From: an uncultured Myxococcales bacterium
GTDB lineage: Bacteria; Myxococcota_A; Polyangia; Palsa-1104; JAEUJZ01
Direction: 5' to 3'
Assembly (NCBI GenBank): GCA_964437195.1
Contig: CAYTGC010000002.1
Location: 7,925-71,924 of the forward strand
Length of the DNA: 64,000 nt
Made by a program: the position numbers and the translations under genes. The notes beneath the pieces were generated by a model. That model did no database searches and had not been told where the DNA came from. It was given only the letters and a program-made list of their open reading frames with translations. Shown here piece after piece: positions 1 to 9,839 of the stretch. Every line of letters starts with the position of its first letter. The first letter of the stretch is position 1.

Positions 1-574
1 TCGCTTCCTGGCCACTGTTGTTCATCATCACATCGGTCTGCTCGACCAGATACTCCCAGTCTTTTTGCGGCACCCCAAGCAGCATGAAGATGACTTGCAT
101 TGGGACTTGGCTGGCGACGTCGCGAACAAACTCACACTCACCACGATCGACGATCCGATCGATCACTTCCTTGCACAGCGATCGGACGTGCGGTTCCAGG
201 TCGGCGACCGCCCGTGCCGCAAAGGATCGACTGATGAGCCGTCGGTAGCGGGTGTGGTTTGGCGGGTCCATGTTGATCAGCATCATCCGTCCGACCTCGA
301 GTCGATCCGGCGGATCGTCGAGCAAGTTGGTGCCGCCTCGATAGGAAGAGTACGTCACCGGATCGAGGAGGATGCTGTGAACATCGGCGTGTCGCGTGAA
401 CAGCCAGTAACCGGGATCTTCAGGCCCGGCAAAAGCGGATCGTTGGAAGGAAAGCGGCTCATGCTCTCGCAGGTAGCTGTATAGGTCGTGCGGGACCTCA
501 CGCTCATGAACCGATGGATCGAGTAGATCGACATGAAATGGGGCAGTGGACTGTGAATTGTCTAAGATTCCCAT
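1..574 (-). CDS. Cytochrome P450, N-terminal part (partial; continues beyond window start)
   Basis: Hand translation of the minus strand from ATG (cat at ~572-574) gives MGILDNSQSTAPFHVDLLDPSVHEREVPHDLYSYLREHEPLSFQ...NMDPPNHTRYRRLISRSFAARAV...VPMQVIFMLLGVP. This is a classic P450 N-terminal/helix-C region. It is not in the ORF track because no stop falls in the window. Confidence 0.6.
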   Translation of the reverse strand, partial: MGILDNSQSTAPFHVDLLDPSVHEREVPHDLYSYLREHEPLSFQRSAFAGPEDPGYWLFTRHADVHSILLDPVTYSSYRGGTNLLDDPPDRLEVGRMMLINMDPPNHTRYRRLISRSFAARAVADLEPHVRSLCKEVIDRIVDRGECEFVRDVASQVPMQVIFMLLGVPQKDWEYLVEQTDVMMNNSGQEA

Positions 575-653
575 GTTGCAAGTATTGCACGGGTCCGAAA
601 AGTTTTTGTGGACCTGACTACAGCGACGAAAAACCAGACGCTTCACAAGAGGA

Positions 654-1580
654 ATGAACATGAAGAAGAACAATTCGGCGGAGCTTGACGGCATGTCCAT
701 GCGGCGGCGAGGCGGGTTTGGCCGAGTTGCAGCGGCCCTTGTCGTGGCAGGTCTTCCGACAGGATGCCAACAGAACCACACTTCTGGAATGGGCGACCTG
801 GGGACAGGCAGTGATCTCGCGACGGGAGGTTTTGATCTGAAGACGAGCCCAGACCTTATGCATCCGCCGGGAATGATGACGACGATTCGCGATCTAAACG
901 ATGGCAAAGTCGCAGCTGGAACCTGGGTGCAAGTGGACGGCGTGGTGACTGCTCCGGCTGTCATCGGGTCGGCGGTGATGCTGAATCAGCAGTGTCTTTA
1001 TGAGCTGACGATTGCCCAAGTTTCTGCTTCGCCCACACTGCATGACGGAATCCTCTTGAGGGCGGTGGAGACGGTGGCATCGGGAGACATGATGGTCGCT
1101 CCGTCGGACTGTCAAGCGCGAGCGGCTTCGTCGGTGCTGGGGAAAGTTACCCGCAATGATGCCGTGACTGTGACGGCGCAGTTTGTGGTGTATGGGAGCC
1201 TGCGTTACCTGACGATGACCGGAGGTGAGCTGCGCGGCAGTGGTCCTGCGCCGATGCTGCCCCAGCCGGTATTGGTCAACACTTCACAGCTTCAGTCTGC
1301 GACGCTTGGGAGTACGACTCCGGCGGTGTTTTTTGACTCGAACGCGGCGCTGGTTCGCTTCGCTGCGGTGACGACCACGCAGCGCAACAACCTAAACCAG
1401 AGCTTCAAAGTGAGTCAGGGCGGCCTTGAAACCCGCATAGGTCCTGCCTACTTGAAGATCGCGAACGCCGCCTACTCGCCACCAGCGGACGGTACCACCT
1501 ATGCGCTTGTGACCGGTCTGGTTGGAATCGATCTGGCCGGTGTCGTCATGCCGCGCGATCTCAACGATCTCAGACCCTAA
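654..1580 (+). CDS. Hypothetical lipoprotein
   Basis: The ORF has an AGGA-type RBS just upstream. The N-terminus has a basic stretch, a hydrophobic core and LPTGC (lipobox). There are no recognisable catalytic motifs. Confidence 0.5.
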   Translation: MNMKKNNSAELDGMSMRRRGGFGRVAAALVVAGLPTGCQQNHTSGMGDLGTGSDLATGGFDLKTSPDLMHPPGMMTTIRDLNDGKVAAGTWVQVDGVVTAPAVIGSAVMLNQQCLYELTIAQVSASPTLHDGILLRAVETVASGDMMVAPSDCQARAASSVLGKVTRNDAVTVTAQFVVYGSLRYLTMTGGELRGSGPAPMLPQPVLVNTSQLQSATLGSTTPAVFFDSNAALVRFAAVTTTQRNNLNQSFKVSQGGLETRIGPAYLKIANAAYSPPADGTTYALVTGLVGIDLAGVVMPRDLNDLRP

Positions 1581-1613
1581 TACGGAAAAGGGGAGGGGGG
1601 CCCAGCGGCAGGC

Positions 1614-3254
1614 TCAGTGCGCGTCGCGTTCGTCGTGAATCTCGGTGAGTGATTTGGGGACAGGGTATCTGTCGTTTGATGGCAACGCGACGAGGACCAG
1701 AGACAGAGGAAAGCCGAGGACGGATTCTTCGGGTCCACCAATCTTGTCCCGATCATGGAACTTCACCTGGAGCGTCTGGAACGACTGCGGATAGGGAGAC
1801 AGCGGCTCACCCTGACCGTCGGTTGCTTCGGGTGGAGGAAACAGAATCTCCAGTTTTCCTGCACGCCCAGAGGCGGTCGGTAGGATTCCTTTCCAGCCCC
1901 GCTTGCCCGGCTTTAACAGGAAGCTGCCGTCGCTGCGGGAGGAGACCAGCAGATCATCACCACTGATCTGCAGCTCTACATAGTCGCCCGTTGTGGGCGA
2001 TTCCCCAGTGGCTGGAACAGAGACGTCATCCACCAACAAGAGATCGAGACGAACTTTGTGATCGGACGTTGTCGTTGCGGCAAGTGACAGGCTTGCATCC
2101 TGTGGCCCTTTCCAGGCCGGACGACCTTGGACAACCGTCGCAGAGATCTGGGGAGCACCTTGCGCTTCAGGCTTTAGGACCGGCAGAAGGGAGTGCAGTT
2201 CTTTCGGATTTCTTGCGCGCAGAACAGTCGCCAGCGGCCATGCGTAGATCCCTTGGTTGTCTTGACTGGATCCCACGAGCTTGTCCCAGTCCACCGAGAG
2301 CTTCACGTCGTGCCGTTCAGACTCACGGTCTTCGAAGTCCCAAACGTCGTAGCCTTGCGAAATGACCGCGGGCCGTCCGTTTCGCAGTGCGACTGCGAGG
2401 GTGTCGTGTTCCTGATGCTGGTACTGGCTTAGATCGATCTCGCTTGCTTTGACGATTCTCCACTTGGGGCCGCGCTCTCCAGCGCTGCAGTGCGGGTGTC
2501 TGCTGCCGTCCTCTCTGGCAATGAAAGACCAGCGCTTCGTCGCATTTTTTTCGACGACATAGGTCGCATCTAGGTCGTTGTGGTTGCACAGGATGGCGAC
2601 CCGCTCGCGCTCTGGATCTGCGTCCAGATTGTCTGACCAGCTGTCCTGCACATACATTCCTTTGGTCTTTGCGTAGGCGGACAGCCAGACCCGGAACTTG
2701 ACGTCATCTGGTGTGACTTGGGGAATCACCGCCAGCCTGGCGCGCAGCTCTTCGGTGGGTTTTAGGCGCAGCGCCTGCTGATATGTTTCCGTCGCTGAAG
2801 ATAGCTCTCCGCGCTCTTCCTGAACAAGTCCAAGCTGATACAAGGCAAGCCCTCGCAGCGTGGGATCTTGGGTTTTTGAAAGAGCCCTGCGCGCTGCATC
2901 TTCTGCCACTTTCAGATCGTTCTGTCCGTAGGCGGCAATGGCCAGCTCTGTGAGGAGGGCTGGGTTGTCCGGACGGACCGCGAGCAGCTGTGAGAATGCC
3001 GCCAACCGACGATCCCAGGCCGCATCTGGGTCTTTGGTCAGCTGCTCCGCCGCTTCTACCGAGAGCGGAGTCGTCAAATCTGGCTTGCTCACCACGGACG
3101 CATCAGGGATTTTCGGAGAGATCACAGCGGCATCAGCAACAGGCGATTTCACCGGCGGCGGCGGGGTTCGCTGACACGCTGCCCAAAGTGAAAACACCAA
3201 GAGCGCGGCTCTTCGGAGTGAGCAATGTGTAGACGCGTAGCCCATGCTTCCCAA
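1614..3254 (-). CDS. TPR-repeat lipoprotein, function unknown
   Basis: The N-terminal signal has an LWAAC lipobox. TPR-like degenerate repeats follow (AYGQNDLKVAEDAARRAL...YQLGLVQEERGELSSATETYQQALRLKP). The large C-terminal region has no recognised domain. Confidence 0.55.
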   Translation of the reverse strand: MGSMGYASTHCSLRRAALLVFSLWAACQRTPPPPVKSPVADAAVISPKIPDASVVSKPDLTTPLSVEAAEQLTKDPDAAWDRRLAAFSQLLAVRPDNPALLTELAIAAYGQNDLKVAEDAARRALSKTQDPTLRGLALYQLGLVQEERGELSSATETYQQALRLKPTEELRARLAVIPQVTPDDVKFRVWLSAYAKTKGMYVQDSWSDNLDADPERERVAILCNHNDLDATYVVEKNATKRWSFIAREDGSRHPHCSAGERGPKWRIVKASEIDLSQYQHQEHDTLAVALRNGRPAVISQGYDVWDFEDRESERHDVKLSVDWDKLVGSSQDNQGIYAWPLATVLRARNPKELHSLLPVLKPEAQGAPQISATVVQGRPAWKGPQDASLSLAATTTSDHKVRLDLLLVDDVSVPATGESPTTGDYVELQISGDDLLVSSRSDGSFLLKPGKRGWKGILPTASGRAGKLEILFPPPEATDGQGEPLSPYPQSFQTLQVKFHDRDKIGGPEESVLGFPLSLVLVALPSNDRYPVPKSLTEIHDERDAH

Positions 3255-3406
3255 TGTCTCTCTAACTTCCCATGTTCATGCAATCGACTGCGTACATGCA
3301 ATCGAAGATCGTGTCGCCGATCGAGTTTGTGCGCACATCATGCGCCATCTCCCTTCAGCGAAAAAAGAGAATGTTCCTTCTTCGCGAGACGAAGTACGAT
3401 ATCGCG

Positions 3407-5272
3407 ATGTCGGCTTCTAAGGACAAAAGCCCAGGCGGGGTCGGTGATCACGCCGATGCGGGGGACTTTTCGGACGAGCTCCAGTTCGCCCCTGAACCAG
3501 AGCTTGAATCATCGCTTCGTCCGTCACAGCTGAGCCTTCCGCCCCCGTGGAAGATTCTGATCGTCGATGATGAGCCGGAAATCCATGTGATCACCCAGCT
3601 CGCACTTGCGGGACTCTGTCTCGATGGTCGTGTGATCTCGGTCCAGAGTGCGCACTCTGCAGAAGAGGCGCGGCAGATCCTCTCGACGGATGGCGATGTC
3701 GCGCTGGTGCTGCTGGATGTCGTGATGGAGCGCGAGCATGCGGGGCTCGAACTTGCGCGCTGGATTCGACGGGATCTGGGCAACCAAGCGATTCGAATCG
3801 TGCTGCGCACTGGACAGCCAGGACTTGCTCCCGAGCAGCGCGTGATGCTCGACTACGACATCAATGACTATCGCGCCAAGACCGAGCTGACTGCGCAGCG
3901 GCTCCTTACAACGATCCTTGGCGGCATCCGTTCCTATCGAGACATCTCGATCATCGAGCAGCAGAAAATCGGCCTAAGTCGGGTGATTTCTGCGACGGCG
4001 TCTTTGTTCGAGCGCAGCAGCATGCAGGAGTTTCTGACCGGAATTTTGACGCAGCTTGCAGGACTGTTTGGTCCCAAAAAGAACGCGCTGTTTGTGAAAG
4101 TGAAGGGGCCTCTGTTTGGGAGCTTTGATTCCGATCCGACGATTCTGGCTGGCAATGGTCGCTTTCAGTCTTTGATCGGATCACCAATTGGACAGTGTCT
4201 GGAGCCAGATCTGGTGGCAGACTTGGGGCAGGCAGTCTGTCAGCCAGAGCCGCTCCATCGTCCCCAGTACAGCATCTACGGACTGTGTCAGGAAGGCCGC
4301 TCGTGCGCTGCGATTTACATTGAAACGGGAGGTCGCACGACCTCTTGGGAAAACAGTCTCGTCGAGATCTTCTGTCGCAATGCCGCGGTCGCGCTTGAAA
4401 ACCTGATGCTGCATGAGCGTCAGCTTGCACTGCTGCGGGCGATCGAGCGGTTTGTTCCAACCAGACTGCTCGACCTGATTGGCAGCAAGGATGTGACGTG
4501 TACGCAAGTGGGCGATCACGTTCAGCGTGAAATGACTGTGGTGTTTGCGGATCTTCGTGGCTTTACGACGCTGGCCGAGCGGCTCTCTCCTCAAGCCACG
4601 TTCACATTCCTAAACGAGTTTTTTGGACAGCTTGTTCCGGTCATTCATGCGCATGGCGGAGTCGTGGACAAGTATCTTGGCGACGGAATCATGGCGCTGT
4701 TTCCGGGTTCTGCCGAAGACGCAGTGCATGCGTCGATCGCGATGATCGAACAGACACGACGTTTTTCTGATCGCCATCCTTCCCAGTCTGCGCCTCGTTT
4801 GGGAGTCGGAATTCACATCGGGCAAATGACCCTTGGGCTTCTTGGGGCCGCCGACCGGATCGAATTTACCGCGGTGTCAGACAGCGTGAACATCACCTCG
4901 CGGGTCGAGCGGTTGACGCGTACCTACGATACCGATCTCCTCATCACGCGGGATGTCCTCGATCGGCTCCCGGACTCGCTGCGAGCGAGCTGCCGAATCC
5001 TTGGCCAGGTCGACATACGTGGCAAGCAGCGCCAAGTCGAGATCTTCGAGGTGTTTGCCACCGATCCAGCGCCGATCCGAGAGCGCAAGATTGCCAGCCA
5101 AGAGCCACTCGCAGAGGTCGTCAGTCTGATGCAGTCCGCGGCGTGGGAGAGCGCCCGCGCGCGGATCGCAGATCTGGCTATTTTGCTTCCTGGGGATCGT
5201 GCGCTGTCGGTCCTCGATCACCACTGCTGGCGAATGATTCGTCTTACGCCCGATGAACAGGGGGCGTCATGA
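3407..5272 (+). CDS. Response-regulator receiver / GAF-like linker / class III adenylate-guanylate cyclase
   Basis: A receiver domain is present (ILIVDDEPEIH...LLDVVMEREHAGLELARWIR). A GAF-like middle region follows. The C-terminal cyclase homology domain carries MTVVFADLRGFTTLAE...YLGDGIMALFPG...TAVSDSVNITSRVE. The internal ATG at 3407 was chosen as the start. Confidence 0.8.
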   Translation: MSASKDKSPGGVGDHADAGDFSDELQFAPEPELESSLRPSQLSLPPPWKILIVDDEPEIHVITQLALAGLCLDGRVISVQSAHSAEEARQILSTDGDVALVLLDVVMEREHAGLELARWIRRDLGNQAIRIVLRTGQPGLAPEQRVMLDYDINDYRAKTELTAQRLLTTILGGIRSYRDISIIEQQKIGLSRVISATASLFERSSMQEFLTGILTQLAGLFGPKKNALFVKVKGPLFGSFDSDPTILAGNGRFQSLIGSPIGQCLEPDLVADLGQAVCQPEPLHRPQYSIYGLCQEGRSCAAIYIETGGRTTSWENSLVEIFCRNAAVALENLMLHERQLALLRAIERFVPTRLLDLIGSKDVTCTQVGDHVQREMTVVFADLRGFTTLAERLSPQATFTFLNEFFGQLVPVIHAHGGVVDKYLGDGIMALFPGSAEDAVHASIAMIEQTRRFSDRHPSQSAPRLGVGIHIGQMTLGLLGAADRIEFTAVSDSVNITSRVERLTRTYDTDLLITRDVLDRLPDSLRASCRILGQVDIRGKQRQVEIFEVFATDPAPIRERKIASQEPLAEVVSLMQSAAWESARARIADLAILLPGDRALSVLDHHCWRMIRLTPDEQGAS

Positions 5273-6498
5273 GCCGGGCGGCTCGCTTGGATCCACCGCT
5301 ACAGACGTACCTGGAGGATCTGCTTTCGCGACGGAAAGAGGAGATCATTGAGCGCGGTACCGATTGGATCATGGACGCATCCATGGATCTGAAAGGACGT
5401 CGTCCGCGGGAGGAAACGCGTACTTTGGTGACGATGGAATTCGCAGCGTACCACGATGAACTCCTGTTCGGCGATTCAACAAAGCGCGATTCCTTCATCG
5501 AACATGTGACCTCGTTGCGCGCTCCATCGGAGTTTCGGATCTCGACGCTGCTACGCGGATTCCTTTCGTTTCAGCGCGGCGTCGAAGAAGTGCTTCCCAG
5601 TGAGTCGCTGCAGCCCAGCTTTGAGCTCTTGGTTCGGCAAGCACTGGAGCGCTTGTATTGCGAGACGATCTTCGTGATGGCAGATGTGTACGCGAGCAAG
5701 CTCCATGCGGTCTTGCGGAACACCCAAAAAGAGCTGATGCACCGAGAGAAAATGGCCGCGCTTGGTGGTCTGGTCGCTGGGGTTGCGCATGAGATCAACA
5801 CGCCGATGGGAATCGCGGTGACTGCGGGATCACTCCTGCACGACAGAACGCGCGAAGTCGAGCAGGCTTTTGGCAAAGGAGAGCTAAAGCGCTCGACGCT
5901 GACAGGATTCCTAACCGATTCCCGCCAAGCCGCCGATCTTCTGCTCACCAACTTACACCGCGCTGCCGAGCTTGTGCAGAGCTTCAAGCAGGTCGCTGTC
6001 GATCAGTCGCACGATGCGCGGCGGCGGGTGCGGCTGGGACAGTATCTTGGCGAGATCTTGGTCAGTCTGGGACCTCTGTACAAGCGGACCCCGCATGCCA
6101 TCGAGCTGCATGTCGTCGAGGAGTTAGAGGATGAGGTGTTTGCGGGAGCGATCGCGCAGATCGTCTCGAACTTGGTCCAAAATGCCATTCAGCACGCGTT
6201 TTCCGCCGACAAGCCAGGACGGCTGGACATCACGCTGCGAAAGACAGAGCGCGGGGATGCAGAACTTCTGTTTGCGGACAACGGCAGAGGAATGACACCG
6301 GAAGAGCGCGATCGGATCTTCGAGCCGTTCTTTACCACCCGTCGAGGACAGGGCGGATCGGGACTGGGAATGCACATCGTTCACAACCTGACCACTGAGC
6401 TGCTTGGCGGGACCATTTCGGTGCAGAGTCAGCCTGGTCACGGAACCCAATTCACACTCCGCTTTCCGCTCCGGCCGCAGTCGAGCAGCAAGGCATAA
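5269..6498 (+). CDS. Cytoplasmic sensor histidine kinase
   Basis: HisKA H-box VAGVAHEINTPMG and HATPase_c motifs (NAIQHAF; DNGRGM; GGSGLGMHIVHNL) are present. The ATGA start overlaps the stop of the upstream REC-cyclase gene. No TM segment is visible. Confidence 0.85.
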   Translation: MSRAARLDPPLQTYLEDLLSRRKEEIIERGTDWIMDASMDLKGRRPREETRTLVTMEFAAYHDELLFGDSTKRDSFIEHVTSLRAPSEFRISTLLRGFLSFQRGVEEVLPSESLQPSFELLVRQALERLYCETIFVMADVYASKLHAVLRNTQKELMHREKMAALGGLVAGVAHEINTPMGIAVTAGSLLHDRTREVEQAFGKGELKRSTLTGFLTDSRQAADLLLTNLHRAAELVQSFKQVAVDQSHDARRRVRLGQYLGEILVSLGPLYKRTPHAIELHVVEELEDEVFAGAIAQIVSNLVQNAIQHAFSADKPGRLDITLRKTERGDAELLFADNGRGMTPEERDRIFEPFFTTRRGQGGSGLGMHIVHNLTTELLGGTISVQSQPGHGTQFTLRFPLRPQSSSKA

Positions 6499-6529
6499 GC
6501 GCTCGGTTCAACGCGGAATCAGCCACGCG

Positions 6530-7384
6530 TTAGGATTCGTCCGTGAGTCCGGTCAGCTCTGCGCTGAGCTTCCACAGTCGCTTGCGCGCCGCTTGATCGG
6601 CGGCCAGTGGCGACGGGCGGGCGGGCTTCTGTTTCTTGAAATAGCCACCGCTGACGTCCGCAAGTTCCTGTGCGGTTGCCACATGAATCGAGGTCAGGGA
6701 GGCACTGGTCGGTGTATCAAACAGCGGCGCTGCCAATCGTCCAAAGAAGCGCAGAATCGGCTTTTCGCGCAGGATGTCGCTCACCACATCGCCAGGATGA
6801 AGGGCATTGCTCACCACCTTGGTACCACGCAAGCGCTCGGCCAATTCCGTCGAGAAAAGTACGTTCGCAAGCTTGCTTTGGGAATAGACGCGCAGACCGT
6901 GATAGCTTCGCGTGGCTTGCGGATCGTCAAAGTGAAACGCGGTCTGCTTTTCGTGTAGTCGCGAGCTTACGTTCACAATCCGCGCGGCTCCTGTCTCCTT
7001 AAGCTTTGGGAGCAGCAGATTGGTCAGCAGGAACGGCGCCAGGTGATTGACCGCCAGCGTGTCTTCAATTCCATCCTTGCTGAGCGTGCGCTGGGGATGC
7101 CAAAGACCGGCATTGTTTACCAGGACATCGAGGCGCGGCAGAGTTGAAAGGAGATCTTCCGCAAGTCTTCGCACATCAGCCAGCGACGAAAAATCACAGA
7201 GCTTGGTTGCGACGGTGCTGCCTGCTGCGTGCGCCCGGACATACTCCGCTGCCGCATCGGTGCGCGTCTTTTCGCGTCCGATGACAATCACAGAGAAGCC
7301 TCGCTCGGCCATTCCGCGCGCAGTTTCCCGACCAATTCCAGCGCTTGATCCAGTGACGACACAGATGGGTGTGGGCGTGCTCAT
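6530..7384 (-). CDS. Short-chain dehydrogenase/reductase (SDR family)
   Basis: The true start MSTPTPICVVTGSSAGIGRETA (TGxxxGxG Rossmann motif) is internal to the long ORF 6530..7969. YxxxK (YSQSK) is present. Confidence 0.85.
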   Translation of the reverse strand: MSTPTPICVVTGSSAGIGRETARGMAERGFSVIVIGREKTRTDAAAEYVRAHAAGSTVATKLCDFSSLADVRRLAEDLLSTLPRLDVLVNNAGLWHPQRTLSKDGIEDTLAVNHLAPFLLTNLLLPKLKETGAARIVNVSSRLHEKQTAFHFDDPQATRSYHGLRVYSQSKLANVLFSTELAERLRGTKVVSNALHPGDVVSDILREKPILRFFGRLAAPLFDTPTSASLTSIHVATAQELADVSGGYFKKQKPARPSPLAADQAARKRLWKLSAELTGLTDES

Positions 7385-7456
7385 TTTCGGTTCTTGCTGC
7401 GTGTTTGCGCGGAGTTTGATATCACAGCCGCGCAAAAAAAATACAGGGAGCAAGCT

Positions 7457-8497
7457 GTGGCAGCCGTAGGTGATCAAGATCGGACAGCACTGGTGACCGG
7501 AGCGGGCGGATTTGTGGGACGACATATGGCCGAAAGGCTCGTCGCTGCGGGGTATGCCGTGACCGTGTCCGATCTTCGCGATCCGAAGATCGCTGGTGCA
7601 AAGTTTGTGAAGGCCGACATCACTTCGAAAGCGGAGTGCGAAGCCGTCGTGGCTTCTATCTCGTCGGTGTTTCACGTTGCATCGATGGTGCAGACCAAGC
7701 AGAGCGGCGCGGCTCCGGTCTGGGCGGTGAATCACGGAGGAACCTGCAACTTGCTGGCGGCCAGCCAGAGCGCTGGGGTGAAGCGCTTCATCTACGTTAG
7801 CTCGGCGAGCGTGGTGTATCAGGGGGAAGACATCGAAAACGGCGACGAGAGTCTGCCGTACACAGCGGTGTCCCAAGCGCCCTACGCAGACAGCAAGATT
7901 GCCGCAGAAAAAGATGTGCTCGCATGGAATGGCAAGGGCGGAATGCTCACCTGTTCGCTGCGACCGCATGTGATTTTTGGACCCGGAGACGGGCGCTTTC
8001 TGCCTGCGATTTTACGACGGGCGAAGGCGGGCGCGCTGCGCGTGGGCGTGGGCCGTGAAAACAAGCTGTCGGACTTCACATACATCGACAATCTGATCGA
8101 TGCGCTGATGCTTGCGGAAGAGAAGCTGGCGGGGGAACAGGGCGCGTCACTCGGTGGGCGCGTCTGGTTTGTCACCAACGGAGAGCCGATTCCGTTTTGG
8201 GACTTTGTCGATCGCGTGCTCGTACACAGTGGTCTGCCGCGAATCAAAGCGCGCATTCCGTACCGGATCGCCTATGCCTTGGCAACGGTGGCAGAGGCTG
8301 CCCAAGCGCTGCTTGGGACAGGATCAGGACCGGAAAACGGCTTCACGCGGTTTGCGATCCGCTACCTCTGCACGCACCACTACTTTTCGATCGAGAGGGC
8401 GCGCCGTGACTTGGGCTATGTTCCAGCCGTCAGCATCGATGAAGGAATCCGCCGCACCGTCGAGCATCTGCGCCTCGCTGGCGATCTTGCTGCGTAG
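7457..8497 (+). CDS. NAD-dependent epimerase/dehydratase (3beta-HSD family)
   Basis: ALVTGAGGFVGRHMAERL Rossmann motif and YADSKIAAE (YxxxK) are present. Probable GTG start at 7457 with GGGAG RBS 6 nt upstream, in frame with ORF 7394..8497. Confidence 0.75.
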   Translation: MAAVGDQDRTALVTGAGGFVGRHMAERLVAAGYAVTVSDLRDPKIAGAKFVKADITSKAECEAVVASISSVFHVASMVQTKQSGAAPVWAVNHGGTCNLLAASQSAGVKRFIYVSSASVVYQGEDIENGDESLPYTAVSQAPYADSKIAAEKDVLAWNGKGGMLTCSLRPHVIFGPGDGRFLPAILRRAKAGALRVGVGRENKLSDFTYIDNLIDALMLAEEKLAGEQGASLGGRVWFVTNGEPIPFWDFVDRVLVHSGLPRIKARIPYRIAYALATVAEAAQALLGTGSGPENGFTRFAIRYLCTHHYFSIERARRDLGYVPAVSIDEGIRRTVEHLRLAGDLAA

Positions 8498-8498
8498 G

Positions 8499-9071
8499 TT
8501 AGGAATCGAGCTTTCGATAGTATACGGTGGTGCTACACAGTCCTCCTTGCGGAAACAGCGCGTAGTCGGGAATGTCGCCGCAGCGCTGCCAGCCTAGTCG
8601 ACTGTAGAGGCGCGAAGCATCACTTCCGGTGACCGTATCGAGGACCAGCAGGGTCTTTCCGATCTTGCGCGCGTACGCTTCGATCGCTGACACCAGGGCT
8701 TCCCCGAGTCCTTGGCGGCGGGCATCGCTGTGCACTTGCATCTTGGCGAGATCGGCCCGGTGTGGCTGGTTGTCCGGCATGCAAAGGACGAGCTGCACCG
8801 TTCCGACAACTCGTCCGGTTGCTTGCTCTTCAGCGACGAGCACATAGCGCTCACCGCGCGTCTGCGCAGAGAGGATGTGGAGCCAAAACGCCCGCGCCCG
8901 TTCACGCGAGAGCGGCGACATAAACCCGATCGACGCGCCGCCTTCCACGCAGTCCATCGTCAGGTCGGTGAGCCCCTCGATGGTTGCGGCATCGCCGGTT
9001 GCCGGTCGGATTCGGAATCCAGTCGCTTCGTTCACGGTCGCTTCCTTCCTTTGAATGCAATCTATTACCAT
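8499..9071 (-). CDS. GNAT family N-acetyltransferase
   Basis: Acetyl-CoA binding region QVHSDARRQGLGEALVSAIEAYARKIGKTLLVLDT is present. Internal Met (aa 63 of ORF 8499..9257, which begins with TTG) was taken as the start. Confidence 0.75.
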   Translation of the reverse strand: MVIDCIQRKEATVNEATGFRIRPATGDAATIEGLTDLTMDCVEGGASIGFMSPLSRERARAFWLHILSAQTRGERYVLVAEEQATGRVVGTVQLVLCMPDNQPHRADLAKMQVHSDARRQGLGEALVSAIEAYARKIGKTLLVLDTVTGSDASRLYSRLGWQRCGDIPDYALFPQGGLCSTTVYYRKLDS

Positions 9072-9080
9072 GGCCGCAAC

Positions 9081-9836
9081 ATGCGAGAAGTTCGGCTCGG
9101 CTTGACGGTTGCGCTGCTTTTTGGGTCTGGCCTTTGCGGACGATCTGCGGCAGCGCTGGAGTGCCCGGTTCCGGCTGGTGCAAGTCCGACGCTGGCGGGC
9201 GTTGATGCGGAATCGCGGCTGCAGTTTGTCAAACGTACCTTGGCACAGACTGCGCAAAGCGAGCGACGTTATGCGCTGGGCTGGAGCCTGACCTATACGG
9301 CACTCTCAGCAGGGGCTTGGCTGATGGTTCCGCTTGGGTCGTCCAACGATCCAGGTCAGCTGTGGGAATCGGCGTGGAACTCGGGCACGTCTGCGTTTGC
9401 CGCGCTGTTTGTCCTGTATGCACCGCTCGTTGCTGCGCGCGATGCTGGGAAGATGAAGCAGATTCTGTCTGTGTCCGATCTGGACGGGTGCGCGCGGCTT
9501 GCAGAGAGTGAGCGAATCCTGAAGAGGGTTGCAGACAGTCAACAGAGTGCTCGCAAGCCACTGGCTCACATCAGCAGCGTGGCGTTTAACGTCGGGCTCG
9601 GGCTCATCTTGGGATATGCGCTGCATCGTCCCAAGGGCGCGGCGATGGCCACGAGCATCGGTGTGGTGATGGGCGAGCTGATGATTGCAACCCGTCCAAC
9701 CGAAGCGCTGCGCGGCCTGGCGAGCTACCGGGAAGGCTCGATGATCGTTCCATCACCGTCGCTGGCTACGCCCCTTGCGCTGATTCCTACGGTGGCGAAT
9801 CAGAGCTATTCCCTCTTGATTGGTGGAGCGTTTTAG
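9081..9836 (+). CDS. Hypothetical secreted/membrane protein
   Basis: The internal start MREVRLGLTVALLFGSGLCG is signal-peptide-like. Several hydrophobic segments are present. No known domain was recognised. Confidence 0.4.
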   Translation: MREVRLGLTVALLFGSGLCGRSAAALECPVPAGASPTLAGVDAESRLQFVKRTLAQTAQSERRYALGWSLTYTALSAGAWLMVPLGSSNDPGQLWESAWNSGTSAFAALFVLYAPLVAARDAGKMKQILSVSDLDGCARLAESERILKRVADSQQSARKPLAHISSVAFNVGLGLILGYALHRPKGAAMATSIGVVMGELMIATRPTEALRGLASYREGSMIVPSPSLATPLALIPTVANQSYSLLIGGAF

Positions 9837-9839
9837 CGA

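Noticed and set aside
6510-6532. Short inverted repeat AACGCG-N10-CGCGTT between convergent kinase and SDR genes as terminator
   Set aside because: Only a 6-bp stem with no U-tract, and it overlaps the SDR stop codon. It is too weak to call.
6530-7969. Long N-terminal extensions in ORF-track entries (e.g. 6530..7969, 18660..20021, 19852..21240, 21642..23339, 39123..40154, 44172..45389, 45202..46764)
   Set aside because: The track uses the most upstream ATG/GTG/TTG and translates it as M. I verified TTG at 18 and 9257. Conserved N-termini, signal peptides and overlaps with upstream stops place the true starts internally.
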